Below are positions 1-13,580 of a stretch of DNA of 64,000 bases, in pieces. The translations under genes and the position numbers were made by a program. Within the stretch, counting starts at the first letter, position 1; every line of letters begins with the position of its first letter. This stretch comes from Octopus vulgaris (Eukaryota), in the NCBI GenBank assembly GCA_951406725.2, contig OX597815.1, positions 17,546,001 to 17,610,000 of the forward strand, in the 5' to 3' direction. The notes below the pieces were generated by a model. That model had not been told where the DNA came from and did no database searches. It saw only the letters and a list, made by a program, of their open reading frames with translations.

Positions 1-633
1 ATTATGCTAACAATAACAAAACAATAACAACAGTGATGATATGGGTATCACCTGGTATTTATAACAAGTAGTGTCTATGTATATATATGTGGGTGTGAAT
101 ATTTTAGTTGAAATAAAATATTAAAATATTAGCAAATGGTTATCATAATGGCTATTTCTAGGATTACACAAAAAGTATAATTGAGTGGCTCCTATGTTGG
201 ATCTAATTGAAAATAGTTCTGTAGTAAAGTATATGGAACAAATAAATAAGGTTTATTATTATATAATATATAAAGGAGTTAAATAAAACAAATAGAAAAT
301 TCAATGTTTAATTGTAAAGGAGAAACGAAAACTGTATGAATACAAGGGTGGTAGAGTGTGGGGGAAGGGCTGAGGAATGCTCAAAGCTAACAAGTTGTAG
401 AAGAGAATCAAAACATTAACAGAACAGAGTTTGGTCTGATAGAAAAGAGAACAGAATAAAGTGAGAGAAGAAAGCCTAACGGGAAGGGTCAATGAAACTG
501 ATTCAGTAAAAAGAACGAAGGGCATTGATAGATGTATAGCTGGGGAGTGATATGTATATATTTTATATGCATTTGTATATTCTGATAATTTATGCAACAG
601 TGAAGCTTAAATACATACATATATATATATATA

Positions 634-860
634 CTTTATTTAAAGCAGCAGAAAATTCAACAAAATCTGTTACTCTGAGTTTCTCGTTGCCGTTCATCAG
701 ACAGCTAGCAAAAACTGTCTGATGAACGGCAACGAGAAACTCCGAGTAAAAGATTTTGTTGAATTTTCTGCTGCTTTAAATAAAGCATATAACTCTACCA
801 CTGGTATTTGAGTACTCTTTTTTTCCACCTTGTTTCACATTTATGTGTTTACTCCAGTAC
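634..860. mobile_element. Short fold-back element between (TA)n tracts; arms 634-704 and 715-785, right arm runs on to ~860; probable Penelope-like pLTR remnant
   Basis: Arms are reverse complements with about 2 differences; both carry a hammerhead motif; (TA)n on both sides. Confidence 0.75.
667..704 (-). ncRNA. Minimal type I hammerhead ribozyme (mirror copy at 715-752 on + with stem I mismatch)
   Basis: Minus strand reads ctgt-CTGATGA-a-cg-GCAA-cg-a-GAAA-ctcagag-TA-acag: stem I ctgt/acag, GNRA-capped stem II, GUA cleavage triplet. Confidence 0.75.
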
Positions 861-997
861 ATATATATATATATATATACTTGGTGTATTTACACCTATT
901 TGTCTCCAGTGAAAAGTTTTCTCCGTTACAAAATATAATGAATGGCTTTCTTATGTGTTTGAATATGCCTCAAGCATACTTGAACTGGTAACAAATT

Positions 998-1318
998 TGT
1001 ATATACATACATATATATATGTGTGTGTGTGTGTATGTATGTATGTGTGTGTATATATATGTATGTATGTGTGTATATATATGTATGTATGTGTGTATAT
1101 ATATGTATGTGTGTATATATATTTATGTATGTATGTGTATATATATATATATATGTATGTATGTGTGTATATATATGTATGTATGTATGTGTGTATATAT
1201 ATGTATGTTTGTATGTGTGTATATATATGTATGTATGTATGTGTGTATATATGTATGTGTGTATATATATATATATGTGTATGTATGTGTGTATATATAC
1301 ATGTGTGTGTGCGTGTAT
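998..1318. repeat. Compound (TA)/(TG)/(TATG) microsatellite
   Basis: Direct reading; the overlapping Y/I/C/V/M ORFs are artefacts. Confidence 0.95.
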
Positions 1319-1636
1319 GATATTCTTGGTTACAAAACTAAGAAGACCACAATTTAATAGTGCACTGCACTCAATACTTGATAAGATGTAGAGTATAAAA
1401 GAGCATCAATATTTTTTATTTGAAATTTACCTTACAGATGGTCTCGTCTGTTGTAAAAAAAAAATCTATCAGGTGTAGAACACTGTGTCCTCCTTCTGAT
1501 GAAGTTCTAAGAGTGAACCAAAACAAATTAGCTCACCTGTAAGGTGAATACGCAAATAAAATATCTGATTGCATATAAATATATGTGCGAGTGAGTGTAT
1601 GTTTGTGTATATGTGTGTATATGTGCATATATATAT

Positions 1637-1903
1637 ATACTTTATAATAGAGTTCAGCAAAGATTTGCTTTACCACATACCGAAGTTTAGAAATAGCAGC
1701 CAAAGAACCTTAGCTATTTTAAATAGCTAAGATTCTTTGGCTGCTATTTCTAAACTTCCGTATGTGGTAAAGCAAATCTTTGCTGAACCCTATTATAAAG
1801 TATTACTTTAATTTAATGGTCCTTTTTCATGCCGAATTCTACTTGGTGAAATTATTGATTACTTCTTAATTAATTAATTAATTTTTCCCTTTGTTATTGT
1901 TGG
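1637..1903. mobile_element. Fold-back element between (TA)n tracts; palindrome 1637-1803, unpaired tail to ~1903
   Basis: atactttataatagagttcagcaaagatttgc... pairs with ...gcaaatctttgctgaaccctattataaagtat; centre ~1720; no ribozyme core seen. Confidence 0.65.
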
Positions 1904-2080
1904 TATATATATATTCTCTTGTAGGCTTGATGCAGTACACTTTAACAGATAATTCTGTCTGTGTGTCCAGAGTAACATTCCACTCCTGTACCTGCATTGC
2001 ATTAGAAGAGTATTATCAAAGCAAGGACAGGCTAGATTCTGGTTAGCATGAGACATATATCATTAGAATTATCACGAAAG

Positions 2081-2271
2081 CAATTATTGATATATTTCAA
2101 ATTCATTAATACAACTGTTTCAAGTGGTTATGTAACAACTTGTTATGTTGATAGCATCCTCATCAGTCATTTCATTTACAAGCAATGTATTTCACTTGGA
2201 GTAGACATAACAAGTTGATATGTAACCACTTGAAACATACACATTAAATGTATTCTAAAGATCAGTAATTG
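2081..2271. repeat. Degenerate inverted repeat
   Basis: tgtttcaagtggttatgtaacaacttgttatgt (from 2116) versus acataacaagttgatatgtaaccacttgaaaca (to ~2237), with weaker outer pairing. Confidence 0.6.
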
Positions 2272-2385
2272 GTGTGTGTGTGTATGTGTGTGTGGGGGGG
2301 GAGCTAATGAATAGTATGAAGAGGAATGGGAGAAAACAAAACAAAAGACAAATTCAAAACCAGCTTATAGATAAATAATTAAATA

Positions 2386-2793
2386 GGTGCAGGAGCGGCT
2401 GGGTGGTAAGTAGCTTGTTTACCAGCCACATGGTTCCGGGTTCAGTCCCACTGCGTGGCATCTTGGGTAAGTGTCTTCTGCTATAGCCCTGGGCCGACCA
2501 ATGCCTTGTGAGTGGATTTGGTAGACGGAAACTGAAAGAAGCCTGTCGTGTATATGTATATGTGTGTGTGTGTGTGTGTGTGTTTGTGTTTGTCCCCCTA
2601 GCATTGTTTGACAACTGATGCTGGTGTGTTTACGTCCCCGTCACTTAGCGGTTTGGCAAAAAGAGACCGATAGAATAAGTACTGGGCTTACAAAAAGAAT
2701 AAGTCCCGGGGTCGATTTGCTCGATCGACTAAAGGTGGTGCTCCAGCATGGCCGCAGTCAAATGACTGAAACAAGTAAAAGAGTAAAAGAGTA
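2386..2793 (+). mobile_element. tRNA-derived SINE, family A (internal (TG)n, tail ...gactgaaacaagtaaaagagt)
   Basis: A-box-like ggctgggtggtaag and B-box-like ggttcagtccc; several dispersed copies in the window. Confidence 0.9.
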
Positions 2794-3269
2794 AATCTGA
2801 TGAGGAAGAGGGAGATGGGGGGAAAAAGATCATAAAAACGTAAAAAACAGTGGATTAAAGAAATGTAACAATAGGTTTTGCTTAAGTTATATCAAGATCA
2901 TGAAGTATAAATGTAAAATTGTTGTAGTAATAAACAGGTCTTGAAATATTCTTTAACACATATTTTCCATTTTTCCAAAGTAGTTTAAGCTCACTGACAG
3001 AGAAACACCTGGACATATCACATTTTTCAAGAGTTCAGTTCACCAACAGGGAATAAAATAGCCTGATGTGGTAGTAAAGGCCAAGATGAACAGTCAACAA
3101 TAAAATATCAAATTTTAACAAATCGATAACTAATCAGTAACGGTTTTACAGATTCCTCTCAGAATTAGTTGGCATTATTTAAGCAGGCTGGTTATTGAAG
3201 ATGGTGAACCAAATATTTGTTAGTAGCATAACTTGGGAGAAATATGTGAAGACCCATGTAGCTAACTGT

Positions 3270-4110
<841 letters not shown>

Positions 4111-4178
4111 GTTTAACAAATAGAAAAACAGTTAGTACAAAATTATTTATACACAGCAATATGTGCTAGCTGCATATG

Positions 4179-4212
<34 letters not shown>

Positions 4213-6959
4213 AAACACCTGGTATTTGAAATTGCATGGGCTGTTACTGGCAGTGTACAGGGTTGGCTATAGCAAGTTCCTATAATATTAAGCCTAATCT
4301 TATAGAAGTCCAACTTCATTATTAAGCACCATTTGGCTGCAAAATATCAAGTTTAAGTTAACAAAAAAAATATATATGTATTCAAAATTGACATTACAAT
4401 AATTTCACATTACATAATGAAGACTTGTAGCAAAAACATATTAACATATACACACACACACACACACACGAATGCAACCAAACATGAACATCAGAAAAAA
4501 TATATATGAAACTCCATATTAATAAGCAATGTATTTAGGTTTATGTAAAGAAATTTTTTTTTTAATGCAGTTAAGAAACTTTGATATTTACAGTTCTCTT
4601 TATAACATAAGATTCTCTATTAAGTTTAGCATGTAGAGACAAAATAATGATAAGCTGTGCTTCTTATTATATTAATGATTAACAAATTTCTTGTAAAAAG
4701 TGATACTTCTTAACAACAAAAATATTGGATGTTCCTTATTGAGAAAGCCATGAAGAAAACCTAAAGAAAAATTGGGTAAAATAAGGAAAAAAAAAATAAA
4801 ATAACAAGGAAATAGAAAAATCAGGGAATTTGTTTTAAACCTCTATATAGTGGTATGGCAAGATAAGGAAACTATTTCAAAGATATTAGTTGAGAGCATA
4901 AAGAGACTATTTAAACTAAAGTGGATTTCTTTTGGTTTGTCTTGAGTAGAAAGAACAAAGAGAGAAAAAGTGGGGTAAAGGAAAGATATGGAAGATGGAA
5001 CACAAGTGTATTATTATGACATGTATATGGATAATGACCTCGAAATCTTAAGTCCTCCCCTTACCCTGGACATCCTATTCAAAAGTCTAATCAAGAACCA
5101 TTCTTTTCATTCAACAAGGAAATGAATCATTGGTCAAATTTGAAATGAATGTTAATTGCTACAAATTAATAAGATTTCCCAAAAAAGAGAAATCAATAGT
5201 ATAATTAGATTTTTAAAAAATAACAACAAATCAATGAACCAATAAAACATTGTTAAGGTCTTTGCATTTATTTTTTGTTTTGTAGTTATCTTGCGAATAT
5301 GGAAAAAGACTTGAAATATTAGACAGATACTATGTAAATATAAACTGAATAACTAGAGAATAATAAATAACAGTAAAAATAGTCATTTTATTAAAAGATG
5401 ATAAAGACAAAAGAAAAAAAAAAAAACAAAAATTATAATTAGATCATCATCATCATCATCACAAAAAGCATAACTTAAACTGTTTCAAGAACTGTTAATA
5501 TTTTTGCGGGAGTGTATATTATCATTTGTAATGTATTTAGAGGAAATTATTGGAAAAAGAGAAAAGAAAACAGAGATATTGTGAAATATTTTTGTTTCAA
5601 TATCTGCAGAAAATTAAACTTAACACAAATAATAATAATAATTATAATAATAATAACTTTTAAAGGTATAATTTTTCTCAAAGATAGCATCATAATCTCC
5701 ATACACAGCTAATTTTAACAGACATCTTTTTTGGCATATCTTCTGTTGCTAATTAATTAGAACACCAAATATTTCTTACTGTTTATTTTGATGTTGAATT
5801 TAGCATGTTTAATTAGGAGTTGGATAAACAATTTATGAATTCGAATTTACAAGATGTTTTTTTTTTTCAATATTTCAAATCACATCAATATCTGATTTTA
5901 AAGAAGTACTATTGCAATAGCAACAAAGATTCTACTAGTGCTTTTTAATTTATTCTGATTTATTAACTTCTGTGTATCCTCATTAGCAATTATTTCTCCA
6001 TAATATTTATCAGAAATACAATTTGGATAGATGAAAAATATGACAAAATTCAAAAGAGCAATTTTTGTTCTAGATTATCAGATTAGTAAATAGAATCATC
6101 ATACAAATAAGATCACAGTATAGTTGGAATAATTTTCCAAACTTCAAAAGTTATAAATTAAAATAACATTTATGATTTTGCCATTAGAAAATTCCTTTTG
6201 GATTTTTTTTTTTTTATATGATTTAAAACTAAATAGACACTGCCTCTTGGAAATTAAAGATGAATAAATTTGTGAATGATACAATCAAATGAAATACTCC
6301 AGTTTATGTATAAAAATGAAGTTTAACAGAAATGTATCAATTAAATATAATTTGATATGTTTCTTCACTATGAAAGACAAGATATAACAAACTGCTGAAA
6401 TTAAGTAAAATAATTAGAAAGAAAACAAAATGATTTTCTTAATTTTTATGTGAGATTTAAAATCAATGTAATAAATACACTTCAGAATAACAATAAAATA
6501 ACTCCTGAAATTAAAGGCCCCATTGAAAGAACTTAAGCATTTGCAGACTGAAAATTATTTTAGCTAACATAAAATGTTCACAAACAAGAAAAAACCTCGG
6601 CTGTGTTGATTTTTCTTGTTCTAAATAATAGTAAAAGAAAGAAAGATAATATCCATGTACAGATGAAAGTTAGTAAAGAGCCAAGTAATTTACATTCAGT
6701 GAGTTTGACATGTTTAGATGAGAAACAGAAATTAGAATATATTATCTAAGTTGTCCGTCTCATCAAAGGTCACTGAAAGGCAACAGATTTCATATCTTCA
6801 GAATCAAAAGCTGACCAAGCCGAATATCATAAAGGCTTTCCATATTTTATTTAGTTAGTATACTGTGATGAAAATAAGAACATCTCAGATAAATACTGCA
6901 AATGTCCCCCTTCTCAATGAAGAGCTTTGATTTGAAGCATCAGGATTATCTCCCTATTA

Positions 6960-7349
6960 CTCTCTCTCTCTTTTACTTGTTTCAGTCATTTGACTGCGGC
7001 CATGCTGGAGCACCGCCTTTAGTCGAGCAAATCGACCCCGGGACTTATTCTTTGTAAGCCCAGTACTTATTCTATCGGTCTCTTTTGCCGAACCGCTAAG
7101 TGACGGGGACGTAAACACACCAGCATCGGTTGTCAAGCAATGCTAGGGGGACAAACACACACACATTCACATATATATATATGGCAGACAGGCTTCTTTC
7201 AGTTTCCGTCTACCAAATCCACTCACAAGGCATTGGTCAGCCCGGGGCTATAGCAGAAGACACTTGCCCAAGATGCCACACAGTGGGACTGAACCTGGAA
7301 CCATGTGGTTGGTTAGCAAGCTACTTACTACACAGCCACTCCTGTGCCT
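6960..7349 (-). mobile_element. SINE family A
   Basis: Reverse complement of 2386-2793. Confidence 0.9.
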
Positions 7350-7870
7350 ACATACAAAATTTGAGAATTTTACCGAGTAATACTTAAGGACACAGATCGC
7401 AACTAGTTTCCATAAATTCTGATGTTAATTCACATCTCTAATGCAGAGTTTCAGAAAGCTACGATGCAAAAACTATTTAGCAGCCCCCAAATGCTTTTCC
7501 CATTTATACTGTGCTTTGAATAGTGGGTTATGACTATGTTGTTTTAAAATAACATTGTAGAAATTTCTTTAAAAAAATTTCCAGTATTAAAAATACTTAT
7601 GAAATGATATTTTACAGAAGTTTACTATTTCTGCTTCAAATAACTACAACCACCCCCACCATACCAGGAATCTTAGAACCCAATTAACTTTTTAAAGTCT
7701 TTACTTTCATGATGTGTGTTTCCACTAATAATATCAATGTCATTAAGTGGTTTTCATCCTGTTTATAGCATCAAGGGAATCTCAAAACTCCTCCTTCGTA
7801 GACCAGGTCTCAGCTATGGAAAAAAGAATATATTCTACACATACCCTGAAGAAGGCCAGCTTTGTTGACT

Positions 7871-8087
7871 TTAACCCTTTCATTACCAACCCTGCTGAAA
7901 CTGGCTCTGAGAACAAATGTCATGTTTTCTTTACATTTCAATTAAAATCTTCCACCAAACCTAAGTCACAATTTATATTCCTAACTGAATGATAACAAAG
8001 TTATTTTATTAAATTCTTTGTTATATTTAAATTTAATTGAAAGAAACACAGAGCATCTCAAAATAAATGCAGTAATGAAAGGGTTAA
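7871..8087 (+). mobile_element. piggyBac-like MITE
   Basis: TTAA-ccctttcattac ... gtaatgaaaggg-TTAA; same family at 52698-54059 and 63810-64000. Confidence 0.85.
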
Positions 8088-8401
8088 AACAGTTGATTGC
8101 CAGATGTTTTAAAACTTGTTACAGACACTTCAGGCTTGTACCATGCATGTCCAGAAATTTCTCTTACTGTTAGAAAACACAGGACCCAAGATATTTCAAG
8201 TCACTAACGACTATGATTTGTGTGCCACCATAGTTGAAACAAATTGCCAGATGGCTTCCCTCCTCATTGATGGTCATGCACTTGCTCTGAAGGATATGTG
8301 GCTGTTTTGAATATTTATTCTAATCTCCATAATGAAATGCAAACTATCACATAACACTTTAGGTTGAGAATAACAATTTCAAGCAGACTCCTAAGCTTTA
8401 T

Positions 8402-8732
8402 TTTTTTCTTCTTTGCCCTTTTCAAGCCTAACCAGGCTCATGGGCCCGGTTTCCCGGTTTCTGTGGCGTATGTGTTCACTCCAGCTGGACGGGATGCCAG
8501 TCCATTGCAGCATTACTTAAGAAACAGGAAGAGAGAGTGAGAGAACGTTGTGGCGAAAGAGTACAACAGGGGTCACCACCACCCCCTGTCAGAGCCTCGT
8601 GGAGCTTTTAGGTGTTTTCGCTCAATAAACACACACAACGCCTGGTCTGGGAATTGAAACCGCAATCCTCAGACTACGAGTTCACTGCCCTAACCACTGG
8701 GCCATTGCGCCTCCACTTTTTTCTTTCTTCTT
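8402..8732 (-). mobile_element. tRNA-derived SINE, family B
   Basis: Head ggaggcgcaatggcccagtggttaggg on the minus strand; TSD ctcctaagctttat at 8388-8401 and 8733-8746. Confidence 0.85.
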
Positions 8733-9828
8733 CTCCTAAGCTTTATACAAAACTACTGGCGAATACATACTTATTTTCTTATATTAATCAAAAGCAGATC
8801 TAAAAGCAAATATGGTTTGATGACACAGATCTGTCTTCCCCAGGAAGTTTAGTATTACACTATTAAGTCACCATTATTTTTTACCAATGACATAGTTTTA
8901 GATACATTTCTACTTTAGTTATTTATTTGATGGATCACATATTAATACTAGAACAATTATTATTATTGTTGTTATTACAAAGGAACACATTGATTATTTC
9001 CACATAGCCATGTCTTCAGACAGAATGACAGCAGATCTTCCGCAACTTTCAAGAACTTTATAAAGAGTGATAACTTTCCTCAACTCTGCTACTTGTACTC
9101 TAAGCTCTAATGTACATCATTCTCTTGAACTAGTTTAATGTTCCTAGCTTTCAATAAAACAAAAGAAAGAAAGAGAGATAAACAGATTGATAAATAGATA
9201 GATAGATAGAGAGAGAGGTCTCACACATCTCACAGGTATTATATTTTTTCCAGTTTTCTAAGTCCAGATACATTTGTTTATTTTTCTATTATATTTCTTA
9301 TAATTGGTTTGACACTGTTATTAGAGGACATTGATGGCTTAGGATAAATTCTATAGGTACAACAGTATCACCTGCTGGGTCTGTCCTGTTGCATGCAGGG
9401 CGATAAAGCTGTTCCGTACATATTTGTTCATTGTAAAAGCATTCCTGCTTTGTAGGATTATGCTGAACAGCTGTTACCTTACGACAGTTCTGAAAAGTGC
9501 AAGCACGTTTCCAATGTTTGGTGCCCATAGCAAAAGAGATTCTATGGTGACCAAGACTGAAAAAACTAAAGACAGCCAAATCTTTTACAACTACTTCTGG
9601 TTCCATTCAGAAAGGAAGGTAAAGCTAAAAGAGATGTGTTTCCAATACAGTAATCCCTTGACTATCGCAGGTGCTATGTTTCAAAACACGCTGCGATTGG
9701 TGAATATCTGCTAAGTAGAAACAGTACTATATATATTTTATAGTTATTTTTATAATTTGTATATATTTGTATGTTTATATATTTGTTGTGCAAGATTTTT
9801 TATGTGAAGTCGTGTGTTGAAACAAATA

Positions 9829-10053
9829 TTGTTATATTTTGCCAGTTTAGCCAATAAAAACACACGCACTATATATTTGGTGTTACTTTGCTTCAGTGTT
9901 ATTTATTTTTTACATTAATCTTAATCTTATTTCAGCCATAAGATTAAGATTAATGTAAAAATAAATAACACTGAAGCAAAGTAACACCAAATATATAGTG
10001 CGTGTGTTTTTATTGGCTAAACTGGCAAAATGACCATTCCGAAATATAACAAT
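9829..10053. repeat. Near-perfect hairpin, ~95-bp arms, 7-nt loop (ttcagcc)
   Basis: attttgccagtttagccaataaaaacacacgc...cttat pairs with ataag...gcgtgtgtttttattggctaaactggcaaaat. Confidence 0.9.
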
Positions 10054-10847
10054 TGTATATATTCATTTTATTGTAAATGCCAAACAACACCACAGAGGAA
10101 TCGGCGTAAGCTTAAATAATAAACTGCGATATGGCAAGGGATTATTGTATACTGAAAGTAACTGAGAGTTGAAACTATGCTTTGTGAATGAGCTTTTGCT
10201 CTGTAACTACAGCTGAGGTAAGGTGTTTGTCCTTGATGGTCAGTGTAACCCTGCATTTGTGGTTTCCATAATTTACTCTTCTAGGTTGTCCATATATAAA
10301 GCCTCATTTCATTCCTTTTGTGCTCTGTTTTTTTTTCCAAGCCTGTTTTATTTGTAAACAAGTCTGCATAAACCCCCACCACTATCTTTATCCTTGTAAT
10401 GTTCCCTTCAAATGCATATGCTTATATCCTTGCATTTTGGCATTGTATTCTGCAATGTTTCATTTTATCTTTAAAAAAGTTATATATTTTTTATTAAATA
10501 AATAATCATTTCAACAATCTATAAACATGGCACTTGCTTGTCAGATTAAAATCTAAAATTCAAAGTGAGATAATTATTGTTTTATCTAAGAAAAATATTT
10601 TGCAAGTAAAGTACTCTAAAACAATTATTCCACTGTGACCATTATTACTATTTTAAGACAAATCTTATATGATACAACAGATAATAATTTCAACTTATTT
10701 AAACCCTGACTTTGTTTTGCTTTTTTTTTTTATTACAAAATTCTACAGCCCAAATATAGACAAAATGGCAGTAGTTTTAAACTGGTATTTAGCAAAAGAA
10801 AGAGTGTGTTTAAGGTGTCAGAAGCAGAGTTAATAAAAAATAATTGG

Positions 10848-11065
10848 AAGGTGGTGAGCTGGCACAATTGTTAGTAAGCTGAACAAAATGCTATTAAGCA
10901 TTTTGCTTTATCCTTACATTCTGAGTTCAAATTCTGCCAAGGTCAACTTTGTCTTTCACCTTTTTGGGGTCAATAAAATAAATACCAGTCGGGCACTGGG
11001 GTCGATGTAATCGACTTAGCTCCTCTCCTGAAATTGCTGGTCTTGTGCCAAATTTGAAATCAATA
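10848..11065 (+). mobile_element. SINE family C
   Basis: aaggtggtgagctggc...gagttcaaattc...ggggtcgatgtaatcgac; multiple copies in the window. Confidence 0.8.
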
Positions 11066-11715
11066 TAAAATAATTGGGGTTAGGATTATATTCAATATGT
11101 TACTCGAAATATTGAAATACAATATGGTTTTCTAATCCAAACATTATCCAAAAGGATCTAACAAAATCAAAAGATATGTTGAATACATTAATAGCATGTA
11201 GATATTTCATTAAAATACACACACGATTATAAACAGAATGTCAATCCACATATTAGAAATTCTCACCAAATGTTAAGATTAACATTCTAAAATGAAAAAT
11301 ATAATTCTGGAAACAATACTGAAGAATAAGGAATAGAATAATGGATCTCAGAAAAAATAACTTTAGAAGACAAAACATTTTTGAAGTCCACTTTGAGGCC
11401 CGCTGATTTGCAGGGAAAGCACATGAAGAAATATACATGGATATTGTCCATTGTTCAGGGGGAAAAATACATACATACATGGATAAATAAATACTTGTAT
11501 GAAAGATGCCAAAAGAATACACTCAAATGACAATGCTATATTGTATCGTAAATATTCTCACACAGCGAGTACAGGAAATGATTATAGAAAATATCAAAAA
11601 AATCAAATTAAATATGAAAAAGAAGATAGAGCATAATAGCAGTTATAAGCAGAGATATCAATAGATACACATGCACATTAATTATCATATTCTTGTATAT
11701 CTAAATGTAAAAATT

Positions 11716-12152
11716 ATATATATATGTATATGTGCGCATGTATATATATATATATATGTATGTATATGTGCGCATGTATATATATATATATGTATGTATA
11801 TGTGCGCATGTATATATATAAATATATATGTATGTATGTATATGTGCGCATGTATATATATATATATATGTATGTATATGTGCGCATGTATATATATATG
11901 CATGTATATGTGCGCATGTATATATATAAATATATATGTATGTATATGTGCGCATGTATATATATGTATGTATATGTGCGCATGTATATATATATATATA
12001 TATGTATGTATATGTGCACATGTATATATATATATGTATGTATGTATATGTGCACATGTATATATATATGCATGTATATGTGCGCATGTATATATATATA
12101 TATGTATGTATGTATATGTGCGCATGTATATATATATGTATATGTGCGCATG

Positions 12153-12187
<35 letters not shown>

Positions 12188-12345
12188 ATGTGCACATGTA
12201 TATATATATGTATGTATGTATATGTGCACATGTATATATATATGTATGTATATGTGTGCATGTATATATATATATATATGCATGTATATGTGCGCATGTA
12301 TATATATATGTATGTATATGTGCGCATGTATGTATGTATATATAT

Positions 12346-12379
<34 letters not shown>

Positions 12380-12450
12380 TGGTAAAAACGGTAAGATAAC
12401 ATGTATGTATATGTGTGCATGTATGTGTGTTTGTGTGTATGTATATATGC
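11716..12450. repeat. Minisatellite of tatgtgcgcatgta(ta)n units
   Basis: About 20 variable units read directly. Confidence 0.9.
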
Positions 12451-12689
12451 ACACATACAAATATGGTTGCACAATCAAGACAAAAAAAAATAAAAGGGAC
12501 CTGACACATGTGAAAACATTTAGTTATGTATTCAAAGTTGAGGTCACGACTAGGATCTTATTAATACCAAAATGGTCGAGTTACCTTTAAAAAAAAGTAA
12601 TAGACATAGTCAAGATGTATTACATGATAATTAAGGCTAGACTAGTCTTGGATACTGGACTTGAATACTTCAAGTCTAGATATTAGATT

Positions 12690-13580
12690 TGAATACTGCA
12701 ACATCTCCCATGTACGCTCCACAATTTGTGCTATAGAGTGAGACCCTTATGTAGACAAATCTCAATTATGAAAGACAATGACCTCATCATCTGGACTGGT
12801 GAATTCAACAGACATACTGGACAGCATCCTGGTTGTTCCATGCTGTGAATGTAGGTCATGGATCTGGTTCAAGAAATAGAACAAGACTTTGGGAGGTCTG
12901 TGATGATAATGACTTGACAATTTGTGATGCTAACTTTAGGGAGCCGGTTAGCATCTGCATTATGTACCAGTCAGGTGAGCGTACAAGTCCACTAGACTTT
13001 ATTTTCACAAGTAAATTGAATAGACTGATGGAGAGTAGATTCTTCTCAAAGGATGAGTAGTTAGTGACCCCTGCGTAAGAGCTACACGGACTCAGTGATA
13101 GAAACCAGTTTTGGGAAGGAAGGTATGGAAGCTTAAAGGTGCATCAAACAGGGAGAGATTCAGAGAAGTTCTAGTGGAAGAATTTTACAAAAGGGAATAT
13201 GAGATGAAGACTTATAATATAGAGGCCTGCTGAGAGGTACAAAATCAAAATGCTGTACGCTACAGTCTAAATATAAGGCTGGTGCAAAATCCTAACCAGA
13301 ACAAAGGTAATGTGGTGGTGGTGGTGGTGGCGGTGGTAGTGGTGGTGGTAAACAATGTCACAAGTACGAAGTGATAAGCTGGTGACATCAGGAGAAAAGA
13401 AGCAGTGGAGAACTATATCAAGTAGCGAGAAAAGAAACTGGATGACATTGCACTTAGGTAGGGAAGAAGTGGAACTAAGAGGTTTGTCAATGTTCTATGA
13501 GATGAGTATCAGAGGCATGAGTTATTTCATATTGCAAGGCAGAGTACTACAGAGAATTGAAATGTCATGGGAGAGAAGTG
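12690..13580 (+). pseudogene. Decayed RTE-type LINE, AP-endonuclease region
   Basis: Broken frames give GEFNRHTG and GSRNRTRLWEVCDDNDLTICDANF, resembling the RTE GDFNGHVG..G.RN..G..LL.FC....L.I.NT motif. Confidence 0.6.

Noticed and set aside
6770-9030. Other CTGANGA...GAAA matches (minus strand near 6790 and 9015; also CTGATGA at ~1497 and ~48183)
   Set aside because: No closing stem I or no correctly placed GAAA/NUH.
9298-9714. Possible coding exon (102- and 96-aa ORFs)
   Set aside because: No recognisable motif or consistent splice-bounded frame; cannot be supported without a homology search.
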